A stretch of 64,000 nucleotides of DNA from Chara braunii (GCA_003427395.1 BFEA01000014.1:1583889-1647888); one strand, 5' to 3'. Shown: positions 1 through 12,801, numbered from the stretch's first letter. Notes: generated by a model from the sequence alone, not told the origin. Numbers and translations: made by a program.

Positions 1-261
1 GTATATAATTGGCATTTTAGCCAAAATACTTGGAATAATAATACCACTTTTACTAGGAGTTGCTTTTTTAATACTAGCTGAACGTAAAGTAATGGCTTCT
101 ATGCAGCGTAGAAAAGGTCCGAATGTGGTATATGATTGTTTGGGTTATTACAACCTTTTGCAGATGGTTTGAAATTAATGATAAAAGAGCCTATTCTACC
201 AAGTAGTGCTAATTTATTCATCTTTATAATGGCTCCAGTCATTACATTTATGTTAAGTTTA
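1..261 (+). pseudogene. nad1: NUMT: mitochondrial nad1 5' fragment (frameshifted)
   Basis: Translates [43 protein letters not shown], then after a frameshift near 131-135 [42 protein letters not shown], the plant Nad1 N-terminus. AT-rich and truncated. Confidence 0.95.
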
Positions 262-262
262 G

Positions 263-453
263 AAGTTCCCAATTTTAAGAGAATTCCCGCTAAGATAACA
301 GATCCAGCGGTGGGTGCTTCTACATGAGCTTCAGGTAACCAAATATGAACTGGTACCACAGGTACTTTCACTGCAAAAGATGCAAAAAAAACAATCCATA
401 GCAATATTTGACTTCGCTAAATTCTGTTGTTAATAAGATTTGTAAATCAGTGG
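263..453 (-). pseudogene. nad4: NUMT: mitochondrial nad4 internal fragment
   Basis: Minus strand reads [62 protein letters not shown], the canonical Nad4 motif, with a small deletion near 418. Confidence 0.95.
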
Positions 454-527
454 CCTCTAACAAATAATCCAAATGTGGGTGGATTTGGACAAGCAAATAC
501 GGAAATTGTTCTTCAAAATCCTTTAAG
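454..527 (+). pseudogene. petA: NUPT: plastid petA (cytochrome f) fragment
   Basis: [24 protein letters not shown] matches the conserved cytochrome f motif [23 protein letters not shown]. Confidence 0.9.
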
Positions 528-663
528 TTTAGTCAAAAATAGACATAATAATTGTAAGACTTCAGTTCATCTTTACTTTCTATTTCAAAAAACAAATAAA
601 TTGTGGCTATTAGATTTATCTAAGATTCAAGATCCTCTTGCTTGTTTGATTTTGATTGATGAA
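523..663 (+). pseudogene. Probable NUPT: plastid matK C-terminal fragment
   Basis: AT-rich open frame LSLVK...[21 protein letters not shown] resembles the MatK C-terminal LSL...RIWYLDI..ND pattern. Weak, by-eye similarity only. Confidence 0.45.
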
Positions 664-1520
664 AAAAAGAAGAAAAAAAAAAAGAAGAAGAAGAAGAAGA
701 AGACAGTAAAGTAACTGCAAATTAAATGCGAAGTTGGGTAAGGCTCCCACTGGCAGTATGCTCATTGCTCTCCCAGTTAGACTGTGAGGACCCCAACCTC
801 CGATTGTCGAAATGTATTTTGCTGTAGTTCAACCCCCACTAGCTCCGGTCCTGTTTTTGCCGAACCTGAACTTCACTGCGCACCGAGTTTTGCCGAGCCT
901 GGGTTCTTTTCGGGAACTAAAGGCAGTTTTCTTGGGGTACTAAAGGCAGTTAAAACATCCAAAAAAGAACAAGGGGGAAAAAAAGACGAAGAAGAAGAAG
1001 AGAAAAAAAAGAAACTTCCCAATCGGCGAGGCGTGATAGCCATCAAATACATTCTATGAGGTGCTAATGTGTGACTGTGCCCTCAGTGAGGACGGCTGTC
1101 CCAAGAACATCAAATGAAGAACAAAACACAAAAAAAAGGCTGTCCCTTATGCTGTGATTGCGTTCCTATACAGGACGCTAGAGTATGAGTGGGAGTATGA
1201 GTGGAGCGAGGAATAGGCCCTAGCTCGCTGGCCGGGCGGCGGGCACCAAAAGGAAATGAAAAGAACAAAAAAGAAAACGAAAACAACAGCAATGACCACG
1301 TTCCACATGTAGTGGCCAGATACATTCCTCAAAGCACTGGTACGACTTCCACCTCCAGTGAAGGCCTTCCTGGACTATGCTGGATTTGGAGTTCTTAGTA
1401 CGTATGTGTTTTATCTTTCCCTCACAGCCGTCCAATAGGGTCCCATTCTTTTCTTTTTTTTCTTTCTTTCCTGCCGATTTTTTCAGAGTAGGATGTTTTC
1501 CAGTTTTCCCAACGTATATA

Positions 1521-1778
1521 TCGTCAAACAGAGCTGCCTGGTAAACCGTAGGCAGAGAGGGAGAAGAGGGAGAAGAAGACGAACAAACAAGGGGCTGTGG
1601 CAAACTGTTTTTTTTTTTTTTTTTTTAAACAGGAAAGGCTGCTAGGGGAGGTGATACCAGCATCCCCCCCTAGCAGGTTTCCTAGTTGCTCCAATCTATT
1701 GGTGGGGAGCCTCACCTGCTGGAAATCGGGTCCAGACTGTTTCGTCGGAGTTTCATATATATCGTCAATATATATCGT

Positions 1779-1812
<34 letters not shown>

Positions 1813-1952
1813 TCACAAATAGAACTGCCCGGTAAACCATAGGCAGAGAGAGAGAAGAGGACAACAAACAAGGGGCTGTGAATCGTCAAAAAGAACTGCC
1901 CGGTAAACCGTAGGCAGAGAGGGAGAAGAGGACAACAAACGAGGGGCTGTGA
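1521..1952 (-). repeat. Three copies of the ~75-90-bp module that follows the hammerhead at 40.5 kb, plus a hammerhead 3' half (1731-1755)
   Basis: Copies at ~1521-1610, 1811-1880 and 1884-1952 are reverse complements of 40546-40623. 1731-1755 is the reverse complement of TGAAACTCCGACGAAACAGTCTGGA. Adjacent to (TA)n. Confidence 0.85.
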
Positions 1953-2352
1953 CATGGTTACCAGGCCGAACGTTCGGGGGACCGCGGGCTGACCCCCGAA
2001 CGTTCGGGCATTCGGAGTCCCGTTCGGGGGCTGAACCTGAAGGGGGGGTTGGCCCCCGCCAAAAATTATTTCGGGGCCTGAAAAAGAACTTTTTTTTTTG
2101 TAAGTTATGTTGGCCCTGCGCGACACGCATATAAATTTTCAAGAAGGGCTGGGCCAGCAACCGGCCGGATCACCTGCCCCGGTCCAACCGGGGCCGGACC
2201 GGTCCAGGGTGAACCGGCAAAACCGGATGCCCCCAAAAAATGCCCAAATCTTTTTTTTTTTTTTTTTTTCCTGATTGCTGCATCCAACTGCGCTCGCTGA
2301 GATCTGTCGGATTCCGCAATAAAATTTGCAAAGTCAGGAATTTCTTCGGGGG

Positions 2353-2390
<38 letters not shown>

Positions 2391-3876
2391 AGGGGGGTGG
2401 GGACAGGTTTTATGGCGGCATCCGACTGCGCTTGCTATAGCTATGGCTCAACGGGGAGGTGAGGAGGAGGAGGAGGAGGAGCAGAAGAAGGAGAAGAAGA
2501 ATCTGAGATGAGAAAAAGGAAAAAGAAATCGCTACTGCTACGGCTCGGGCTCAGCGGGGAGGTAGGAGGAGGAGGAGAAGAAGAAGAAGAAGAAGAAGAA
2601 GAGGAGGAGGATGAGGAGGGAAAAAGATGAAGAAGAAGAGGGCGACGAGAAGAACAAAAAGAAGAGGAGGAGAAGGGAAACAGATGACGAGGATGAGGAA
2701 GAGAAGAAGAAGAGGAGGCGGGCTGGAGACGGGGCGCTGGCACTGGTCGCGTGGTGGCAGCACACAACGTCGACGTGCATGCTGAATGGCACGACGTCAA
2801 CATTGTGTGATGTTGCTGTAGCATGGGGCAGGCGGGGCGGAGGGCGGAGGCAGCGCAAAACCACGCTGCGATTCACATTTCAGAACACAGCCGATTTCGG
2901 CCGCAGATCCGCAGATCTGTGGTCGACATCGACCACGTTTTCAAATTTGAAAACGCGGGGGCATACCGAACCCCTTTTTTTTCGGAAACGGGTGGTCGAT
3001 CTCCACTGTCGATCTGCACCGATCGGCGGCAAAGATTGGCCGCGCGTTCTCAAAAGAAAACGGGGTCCGGCAGGGCCCTTTTTTTTTTTCACTTGTGGCG
3101 GCGGCCTCCCAGAGGCTGGGCGGGGACGGGGACGCCCGAAAATCCCCCGTACCGCCCCCCAAAAGGAGTGCGCCAAATCGCACCGGGGGCCTGCCGGTCC
3201 AGTGAACCGCCCAGTTGGACCGGTAGGCTCCCGGTCCGTCGAAGGTCCCCCGGTCCCGGTCCATCCGGGGACCAGCACTGTTTTCAAGGCATTTCGCTGA
3301 GCCAAAAAAAAAAGAAAAATGGTCAAAGATGGCTGTGTTAAAACGTGCTCGGCTACTCAGGTTCTTTTTTTTTTCACTTTTAACTTTTTGTTGTGGATTT
3401 ATTTTGGTGCCTTAAATATTTGATTCTTTTTTAAAAGTTTTTGCATGAGTTTTGTACTATGTGAAGTACACATATGTAAATTTTCATAGCATTTGTCACA
3501 GCCAAAAAAAAAAAGAAACATCGCCAAAGATGGTGGTGTAAAAAACGGGCTTGCCCACTCTCTAATTTTAATTCTTTAATTTCCTTTTTTTTCTTTTTCT
3601 TATTAGTAATTTTTTTCTTTTTCTTATTAGTATTTATTTTCCTTTTTTTATTTTTATTTCAAATTTGGTAAGGGATTTTGATGTAATGCTCAGGCAGATA
3701 TTGTTTAGTTTTTTTTCTGCATAACATAGTTTGTTTCAGATTTTTTCGATTTTTTTTTTTTTTTCTCTNTTTTTTTTTTTGGGTCCGCGTTCGGCCCGAA
3801 CGGACGAACGCATCCCCAAGGGGTCCCATACGTTCTGGCATTCGGGTCCGGACGTTCCTCAACGCTGGCCACCCTG
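1953..3876. mobile_element. Non-autonomous hAT-like element (CAGGGT..ACCCTG family), interrupted by a nested insertion
   Basis: Termini CATGGTTACC / GGCCACCCTG. CCGAAC/GTTCGG subterminal repeats and the AT-rich body match copies at 34.5, 39.6 and 40.9 kb. No TSD found for this copy. Confidence 0.75.
2144..3280. mobile_element. Non-autonomous hAT-type element with 8-bp TSD
   Basis: Perfect TSD TTTTCAAG at 2136-2143 and 3281-3288. TIRs AAGGGCTGG / CCAGCACTG, with ACCGG/CCGGT subterminal repeats. Confidence 0.85.
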
Positions 3877-3914
3877 GTCACAGAACTATTGACTAAGAGT
3901 GCAAACACGTGAAG

Positions 3915-4493
3915 CTATGTGTCCGAAATCGGATTCAACGGGGGTTTTGAGTTAAACGGTTCAACTCCCGTTTCAACTCCCCGTTGAACCGAGTTGAACC
4001 TGGTACAACTCGGCCCGGCGATTTTGTTTTTGCAGGCAAAACATAAGTGAAAAATATATATATATATATGGGGGTGTAGATTTTTTTGCTCTCTACATCC
4101 CCATATTTTTTATTTTTTTTTTAGCAATAAAATTATTTTCAAAAATTCAAAAACAAAACCAGACTCAAAACAGATAGATTTTTTTTATTTTTTTTTTGAT
4201 TGATTGATTGATTTGATTGATTGATTGATTTGATTGATTGATTGATTGATTGGTGGGGGATGGGTCGCCTTCCCAACCCCCACCCAATCACACACACACA
4301 CACACACACACACTTTCTTTTGCCCAAGTTGCGTGGGAATGTGTGTGTGTGATTGGGTGGGGGTTGGGGGGGCGACCCATCCCCCACCAGTCCATCAATC
4401 AATCAATCAATCAACCAATCAAAAAAAGAAAAGGAAAAGTAAGAATAACGAGAAAAGCGGGTTTTCCCTTTTTTCTTAAACTTTTTTTTTCTC

Positions 4494-4536
<43 letters not shown>

Positions 4537-4571
4537 AGGGGATGGGTCGCCCCCCCCCCACCCCCACCCGA

Positions 4572-4634
<63 letters not shown>

Positions 4635-5070
4635 AAAAAATAAATAAATAAATAACTTATTTTTATATTTTATATTTTATTTTTTATTTATTTTTTATTT
4701 TAATTTTGGTGAAGATTTTCGATGTGACCCTGAGGCAAAAGTTGTTCAGTTTATTTGTCTGCATAACATAGTTTGTTTCCGGAATTTTTGGACGACTTCC
4801 AATTTTTTTTTCCCAACGGGATTGAACGGTGATTCAACGGGATTCAACGGGGATTCAACGGGGATTCAACGGGATCCAACGGGATGATTTTTTTTTGGTT
4901 CGCGTGCGTCCAGCGCCGTGTCCGAGGCCCAATGCACCCTCCCCGTTGAACAATATTCAATGGGGGGGGCCCGTTGTACTATTCAACGGGAATTCAACGG
5001 GGCCCCGGGGGCTATTCAACATGTACAACGGAGTTGAAACTTTCCCGTTGCCCGTTGAATTGACACATAG
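3915..5070. mobile_element. Non-autonomous TIR element with internal microsatellite-composite inverted repeats
   Basis: TIR CTATGTGTC...GACACATAG, possible 3-bp TSD AAG, and TTCAACGGG subterminal repeats. A second copy lies in reverse orientation, ending at 38432. Confidence 0.75.
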
Positions 5071-5207
5071 AAGTGAAATAGAAAAAGAAATAAGATGAGC
5101 AAAGAAAGGAAAAAATGAAAGGACAGACAGGCAAAGGGACAGACAAACCAGACAGACAGAAAACAGTGTCTTGTTCTTGTTCGTTTTAGTGTATTCTTGT
5201 TTCTTTC

Positions 5208-5243
<36 letters not shown>

Positions 5244-5603
5244 CTGAACACAGCATAAAAATAAAAAAAAAAAGACACATTGAAATCATTCCATTTCTCT
5301 GTCTTCGACTCTTCGTAACTCCACTGCGTCTCTCACGTACAGGGCACGCCGCGTTCATGAAGTTGAGAGCGAGCTGGCTGCCCCCATCCCCGTACTATGC
5401 CATAACAGCCCACTTGCACGCTGTGGGAAAGAGGCAGAGTAAAGGGAGAGGTATGTTAAACACAAGGAAGAGAGGAGCAGAAAAGAAAAAGCAATAGGCG
5501 CAGGGAAGGTGACACAACTTCTTCTTTCTTTTACTGTATTCTTCTTTCTTTCACAGTTTTGCAGTTTTGGTGAAGGGTCTACCATGTTCGCTTTTCAGCG
5601 CAC

Positions 5604-5634
<31 letters not shown>

Positions 5635-6699
5635 CTAATCAATCAATCAATCAATCAATCAATCCATTCATCAATCCACATACACCCGCACACACAAACG
5701 TTTTTTTTTTTTTTTTTTCCCAGAACTGCGTGCTCCCCCTGTGGCTTCTGACACGCACAACCTGGTGGGGGGCGCGCGTTCAATTTTCTCCCACCGTGTG
5801 CCACGTGGCGGTATTGAACACGTTTGAACGTGTGCATGCGCGCTATGAACCCGCGCGTTTGAACGTGAAGGCGAGTCAAACGTGTTCAGTAGGCAGAGAA
5901 GTGGTGCACTGATGGCTATTGCAGCGGATCTCTCTCCGAGCCTGGACAGCGATACCACGTTCGGTTGGGGACCCGCCCACCTTCTGTAAGGGACGCCGCC
6001 AGCTTGTAATACAAAAACTTAAATCCTTTTTTCACAACTAAAATTCCTTTTCATGCGTTCAGATTTTTGCTGAAAATATATACACGACATATATTCCCAA
6101 GCGGAAATTACTTCTCTTGGCAATGCATAGAAGATATTTAAAAAAAGAATCTCACTTACTTTAAAACTAGACAAGCCTCATATGTGGCGGTTTTTATAGC
6201 GCCATTCAATCATAAAAATAATAAAAACCTATGGAGTACTAGACGGAATGCATGTAGCACATATTTTGGGGAGGATCCATACATACCTGAGCCCGGGGAA
6301 CAACATCGAAGGATCAATTCGTACCTGTCAAATTATTGCTAAAAATACGAACATCCATACACAAAATCTTGAACGCACCTGGCCGTTAGCTTGAACAGAT
6401 ACATTTCGAGAGCAAAGAAAAATTAGGCGAGGAGACATGGCCCCTCGGCAAAACCATCGAATGAATGAACACTTGGGTCATGGACCTCGCTTCACTGCAG
6501 AGCACAAGCTAAATGAACCCGGAGCTGATCATGGTCCCGATACATTCAAAATGTTTGATCAGTCCGAATGTATCTGGTTCACGCAGCAGACCAGATACAT
6601 ATAGAATGTTGAGTGATAGAGCGAGTCCACGTGTCCACCACACAAAAAATCACATCACAACCCCTTGTGTACCTAAACATCAAAATAAACTTCCCTCCA

Positions 6700-7140
6700 T
6701 AAATTTTGCACCTGGCCATCAGGATGTCCAGATCCATTCTGACATGGCCTTCTTTCCCCATGGCAAACACAGCCGAGTCGATCAACAGTTTCTCTGCAAA
6801 ACTTGCACGTGGCCGATAAATGCCCACGTGCATTCTAGACTTCCCTTCACAGCCCTTGCACCTGACCGTCTCGATGACCAGGTACACTCTGCCATAAGCC
6901 TTTTTTCTCAATCGTAAGAAAAACCGATCAATCAACACTTCCTCTGCAAAGCTTGTGCGTTTTAGCCATCAAAAAAGACTACCCTCCACAGAGCTTGCAC
7001 CTGCCCGCTCGAATGTCTAGGTACATTCTGACATGGCCTTCTTTACCCATGGCAAGAAAAAAGGCCGATCCCGGAACACTCTCCCTCGTATAAAGCTTGG
7101 ACCTGGCCGATAGAATGCCCACGTGCATGCTGACATTGGC
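6700..7140. repeat. Degenerate tandem repeat (TTGCACCTGGCC / CATTCTGACATGGCCTTCTTT units)
   Basis: Recurrent TTGCAC(C/G)TG(G/A)CC, GATAAATGCCCACGTGCAT and CTGACATGGCCTTC motifs, with a ~290-bp higher-order duplication. Confidence 0.65.
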
Positions 7141-7664
7141 TTCCGTTTCCCATGACAAGGACAAGCTACGCGGTGAGGCTTGATGAAAAGACGACAGCCA
7201 GACAAGAGTCGACTAACAAAAACAGAAACAACAACAGCTACAATACCATATAAGAAAAGCCGATTATAACCAAAAAGCGACATCAAAAAAAAAAAGAAAA
7301 AAAAGAATAAAAGAAAAAAAAAGACCGACATTACAAGGAAGAAAACATTGCATCAGTCCTCTTCAGGACAACCGCGTCAAAATTGGAATGATACAGAGAA
7401 GATTCGCACGGCCCCTGGGTTAAGGATGTCACGCATAATTCGAGAAATGTTCGAAGAGAGAAAAAAAAAAAAAAAAAAAAAAAACCCGTCCCGCACCCAT
7501 CAATGTCCCGCTGGATTTTTTTTAAACACACACTTGAATTTCTTTTTTCTTTCTTTGCGTAAATCAGCTTTTTATTACAGGGGTTCAGTCCCGAAGGCAA
7601 AAATTATATCAATGAAAAAAAAAAAAAAAAAAAAAAATCGATGATTGTAACCTACAGGAACAGT

Positions 7665-7895
7665 TGGGTTATCGTGCCCTACCTCGGGCACAGAGCCCCG
7701 TCCGTCCTTACCTAGTATCAATCGTGTCATACCCAAAACTACACCCATGCTATCAATCGTGTCATACCCAAAACTACACCCTATCAATCGTGCCCTAAAT
7801 CCTATCAATCGTGCCCTACCTCTGGCAGAAATTGATACCCAAAACTACACCCATCCTATCAATCCAATCAATCGTGCCGTACCTCTGGCAGAAAT
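7665..7895. repeat. Minisatellite (ATCAATCGTGTCATACCCAAAACTACACC / ATCGTGCCCTACCTCTGGCAGA)
   Basis: Direct visual tandem repetition. Confidence 0.75.
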
Positions 7896-9227
7896 TAAAG
7901 CCCCACACTATAACCAACTAGACCCCTCAAAAGTACCAAACCCAACAACCCACCAACACAGTGACTTAGAATTTCAATTGAAGGCTGGACTTTTTTGCTC
8001 TCACAGCCCCTCAAATACACCCCCCCCCCCCCCCCCCCCCCCCCCCCCNCTCCTCTCCTCTCCCCCTCCACCTCCGCCGGGCGTTTAACGAAAATGACAT
8101 TACCGCAATCCCTCGGGAATTTAACACAGACTACTCCTCGACACAAAAAATGCACTATATACCATAAATAGCCCCTCGGTCCATTACAAAACTTACATGT
8201 ATCTGGTCTCCAATGTCAAAAATATTCATTCGGAATAATCCAGCATTTTGAATGTATGGCCACAGCTATCAGATCGCGAAACACATTCATAATTCTCTCT
8301 AGTGGAGCGATGGCCATACAGCCAGTGTGAGTCATCAACTATACAAAGTAGGTTTTTTTTTTTTTTTTTTTAAACCAAGCCAAACCGTACGGTATTAATT
8401 TAAAGAAGCCCGTCGGCGATTGTGTGAGGTAGGTGTTCTAAACCTAAACCCTTCGGCGAGCCGACGACACTCAACCACGCTCCAGACAAGAGAGAAATCA
8501 GTAATAAGAAATTGAAATACAACTCAAAAAAAACTGACAGCAAGCAATTGAGAATGTGTCGGGTTGAAAAACACTACCTAACACCGGTCGTTAATAATTT
8601 CTTCGCCGACGGAGAAGAAGAATTATGGTCCGAACAGCAGCAGGACTACCGTGGCAGAGCGGAAAGGAAAAGGGAGGGGGAGGGGGGGGAAGGGGAAGGG
8701 AAGCGATCGTGAATTCGACAAGATGAAAAAGGAAAAGCGAGGCACAAACGAGAAGAGAGCGAAGTCCACACCCATCATGTTCCAGCTCAGAGCATACTGA
8801 CTAGCACAGAGTTAAATGCATCTGACGGTAATTACGGTCTTAATTGGATGTATCTGAACCCAATTCCGTCCAGAAATAGCGCGGAGTCAAGAGTAATCGT
8901 CGCAAATCCATAAGACTTTGTGAGAATATTCGTCGACAATGGACGCCGCGAAGCGAAAGAGAAGAGGGAGAAGAACCTTCAAGAACGACGAGAGAGCGAA
9001 GGCATCCTGGTCCCATCGAAAGCGGAAACAACAAGAAACGGTCTAGTATTCTAATATACAAGAAACGCTCTAGTATTCTGGTATTTCAAATACTCCAAAA
9101 GCACTCTCAATCAGATAGTACTCAAATATTCATATTAAACAAAAACATATGTACATATAAGAGAGGAGCAAAACCGTGCAAGCCGGCTTTTTCTGCACAA
9201 AATATTTCGTGAATTGCCTAATCAAGC

Positions 9228-9343
9228 AAAAGAAGAAGAAGAAGAAGAAGAAGAAAGAAGAAGAAGAAGAAGAAGAAGAAGAAGAAGAAAGAAGAAGAAG
9301 AAGAAGAAGAAGAAAGAAGAAGAAGAGGAGGAAGAAGAAGGAG
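9228..9343. repeat. (GAA)n microsatellite
   Basis: Direct sequence. Confidence 0.95.
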
Positions 9344-9567
9344 AAAACCCTACTCTTAAATCACCGCACGAGAAAGGGGCCAGGGTGGCCGACCTCGGAC
9401 ACGGTCATAGGCGAAAGCGACAACCCAGCGAAGGAGCACAGGTGCATTAATCAAATAATAATGAAAATAAAATACGTAAGAAAAGAAAAACGAATAAATC
9501 AATGTGCTGTTTTTTTACGAGGGTGATAAAGCAGAGAAGACGAGCCTTAATGACGGTTTTATTCTCT

Positions 9568-12500
9568 CTATTTCTTTCCTGCCACTTTGATGAAGACATC
9601 CTCTAACGTGGTGTTGGCTATGCCCCAGGCCTGGATGTTGATCTTGGTCTTCGCTCGTTCGATGGCATCGAAGACGTCAGCCAGGTCCACCTCCGACGAG
9701 GGGAGCTCGAATTTCTGCGTTCCTCCAAGGGAGTACACTTTCTTCGCACGGTGAGAGAGAGATAGAGCGAGCGCCTCGACGGCCGACTCCTCTCCCGGCG
9801 GGGTCGTTACTGTCAGGTCGTACGTCCCGCCGTACCGAGCCGTCAGCTCCCTGGGATTGCCGATGCACGCGAACTGGCCGTCAATGAAAATGCCGAGGCG
9901 ATCGCACAGTACCTCCGCTTCCTCCATGGAATGAGTGGTCAGGATGATGGCCCTGCCTCTCTTCGCCTCCTTCACGACCTGCCACAGGTTATTCCTCGAC
10001 GCGGGATCGAGTCCCGTGCTCGGCTCGTCCATGTACACCACCAGCGGATTGCCGATCAGCGAGATGGCCACGCTGAGTCTCCTCTTCATCCCGCCGCTGT
10101 ACGCCCTGACAGGCTTCGCCAGCACTCCTCCGTTGTAGAGGTTCATCTTCCTCAGCCACATCTCGATCTCCCGCTCCAGCTGCTCCCCCTTCAGGTTCTT
10201 CAGCCTGCCGTAGAACAACAGGTGCTCTCTTCCGGTCAGAGTTTCCCACAACAGATCGTGCTGCGGACACACGCCCATCACCGAATGGATCGCCGACATC
10301 TCCCCCCGAATGTCCATCCCCTCGATCAGCGCCGTCCCCGAGGTCGGCTCCAGAAAGCCCACCATCATGTTGATGCTCGTCGTCTTGCCGGCGCCATTCG
10401 GTCCCAGCATGCCGAAGCACTCCCCTCTCGGGACAGCAAGCGACATCCCCTGCACAGCGAACTTGTCGGGATTACCATCCGTACCCTTATAAACCTTCTG
10501 CAGCTCGTCGCACACTATCGACAGACCCGAGGAGGAACCCCCCCCCGCCTTCCCCAGAAGGCCCTCCAAAGCGGCTCTCGCCGTCTGCTTCTCCGCCGCT
10601 ACATCCTCGCCGACTGGTCCGCCGCCGCTAGAGCCCCCACCACCACCACCTCTCCCCGTCGGTGTCATGAAACTGGGCAACTCCATCTCCTTTCTCCCTC
10701 CTCCGTCCTGCTTCTTACCTCGCTCCCCGCCGAAGCACCAATCGAGGAAGAAGAGCGGACGTCGAGGCACACCGGCTCCGGTATCGACGATCTGATCGAG
10801 GTACAGCGCGAGCAGGAGGAAGATAATCCACTCCACCACGAGAATGCCAATCATACCTCCCACACCGTTGTTCTCGTCCGACAGATTGCTCCACCTCATC
10901 CCCTTCGTCGACATGTAATTACCTACGAACGAGTAATTAGCGAACTCGTAGAGGCCGCGATAGAGCGCGAAAGCCGGCACGAGCTCGAAGGCAAAGACCA
11001 CTCCCCTCGACGTCGAAGGGTTTTCAAGAAAGAATCTGAAGAGATACTCAGCCAGCAATCCGGACCCGAAGACGTACAAGTACGCGGAGATGGTGACGGT
11101 CTTCGTGGAGCTGAAAATCGCACTCCAGAGGAAACCGAATGCAACCAGATTGTTGAAGTACACGAGCAAGAAGACGATCAAAATCGACATGTCGTTGAGC
11201 GTGAAGAACTTGACACGAACGACATTTCCCATCGCGACGAAGAAGAACATGTACACGATGGACACGGTGAGGAAGTAGAGATAAGATATCGCCCAGTACG
11301 GGCCATCGCCAAGCCCGTGCATTTTCATCATCGAGCGAAGGCGGACCTCTTTCTCGTACACGAGGCTGTTGCAAACGATAGGAAGGATGAGACCTAAGAC
11401 CCAGACGAAGAGGAGAGGACCAAAAAAGGCACTCACATCAAGCTGCAAGCTCGTACCTCCCTTAGGGAACTCCTTCACATACAACAGCGAAAGCAGACTC
11501 TCACTTACATTCCTGTTGTTGTTGTTGTCGTTTGCTCCCTTCGCCCACGACAAGAAGGCCTTCGTAGCGAGATTAAAAGACCGAGCGAGTCGAAGATTCC
11601 GGTCTGGCTGACCTCCACCACCACCACTCGAACGGTAAGTGTCGTTATACCATACGTGTAGGTTTAATCCACCGGAGGAAGAAGAATTCTTGAAATCGTA
11701 CGCCGCTACGACTCCAGGTACATACTCCTTCCCGCCCTCTACCTCCTGTTTACTAGGTCTGGCCAAGAAGTACCTGTTGTACAAGTACGCTTCGACGCTG
11801 CTACCAAAACCCTCGGTTATCTTAAGCGCGCCATCGCCGCCGGGGAAAACCCGTCGAAGGAAGTCCAAGTCGAAGGAGGGAGGGAAGTAGGTGTAATTGG
11901 CCTCATAACAACCCACGCGGAAGCTTAGCTCGGACGACGAATCAACGAACGGCACGTTGCCACCGAACGCCTCTCCGCTCAGATTAGCCTTCCGAAGCTG
12001 CCACGTGGCAGAGCTCCCGTTCGCGAACGCCGCCGCGCAAGAACTGCTAAGTAAGAACAAAGGAGTGTACGGCGCGTCTTGCCCAATGAAAGCTTGCTCG
12101 ATGATTTGCACGCCGACGTCCGGATCCATGGCTGTCCCGGCGACTAAAGATGGAGATCCCCTGCTTGCTGCTGCTGACCTGTTGTTGAGAGGTAAAGTCA
12201 AAGTCAGCCCGTTAGGAGAAACGGGATAAATGGACAGGAAGCTTCGACTAGCAGAGGAGAGAACATCAGGCTTCACAGCCTTGAAAAGCAGACGGCCAAT
12301 GGCATCGGCTAACGACCGGTTGTAGGCAGTAACCGGTACGACCGTCGAGAAAGGCACTGCAGGCAAACCGGTCGTTATATTCGGCATTTGCAAAAGAGCA
12401 GGATTAGCAGGAGGGTTCTTTATGGCACACCAACCAGCTTGAGCACCGTTCGAGAACTCGACCCCACACTCAGACTTGTTCTGGGGATTACACCCGCATT

Positions 12501-12709
12501 TGAAGTCGTCGCCGCCGAGAAGAACATTGTCGAAGAGAAACTGCAAAGCAAGGAGGAGGACGAAGAGAAGCAGGGGGAACACCACAAGACAGGCGTTCAC
12601 CCTCCATTGACGAGCTTGAAGCCGCAAGTTCTTCCGACTCAGAGCGTTGGCTTGAACAGTAAATGACGACCGCAAAGCTGCTTTCCTCTGCAGTATCGAC
12701 CTTTCCGGA

Positions 12710-12714
<5 letters not shown>
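9568..12714 (-). CDS. ABCA: ABC transporter subfamily A, half-size plant ATH type (ABCA3-8/ABCA7-like), intronless, 1048 aa
   Basis: Uninterrupted ORF. N-terminal SF..QANAL.RKN motif, TM1, large extracellular domain, further TM helices with LVYEKE.RLR.MMKMHGL, and an NBD with Walker [10 protein letters not shown], signature [10 protein letters not shown], Walker B VVYMDEP, TTHSMEE and C-terminal [14 protein letters not shown] taken at 12712-12714 (MDPERS). Confidence 0.93.

Positions 12715-12798
<84 letters not shown>
12715..12798. repeat. (CT)n/(AG)n microsatellite directly 5' of the ABCA start codon
   Basis: Direct sequence. Confidence 0.95.

Positions 12799-12801
<3 letters not shown>

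Noticed and set aside
9931-11397. 488-aa plus-strand ORF
   Set aside because: Antisense shadow of the GC3-rich ABCA CDS; no recognisable motifs.
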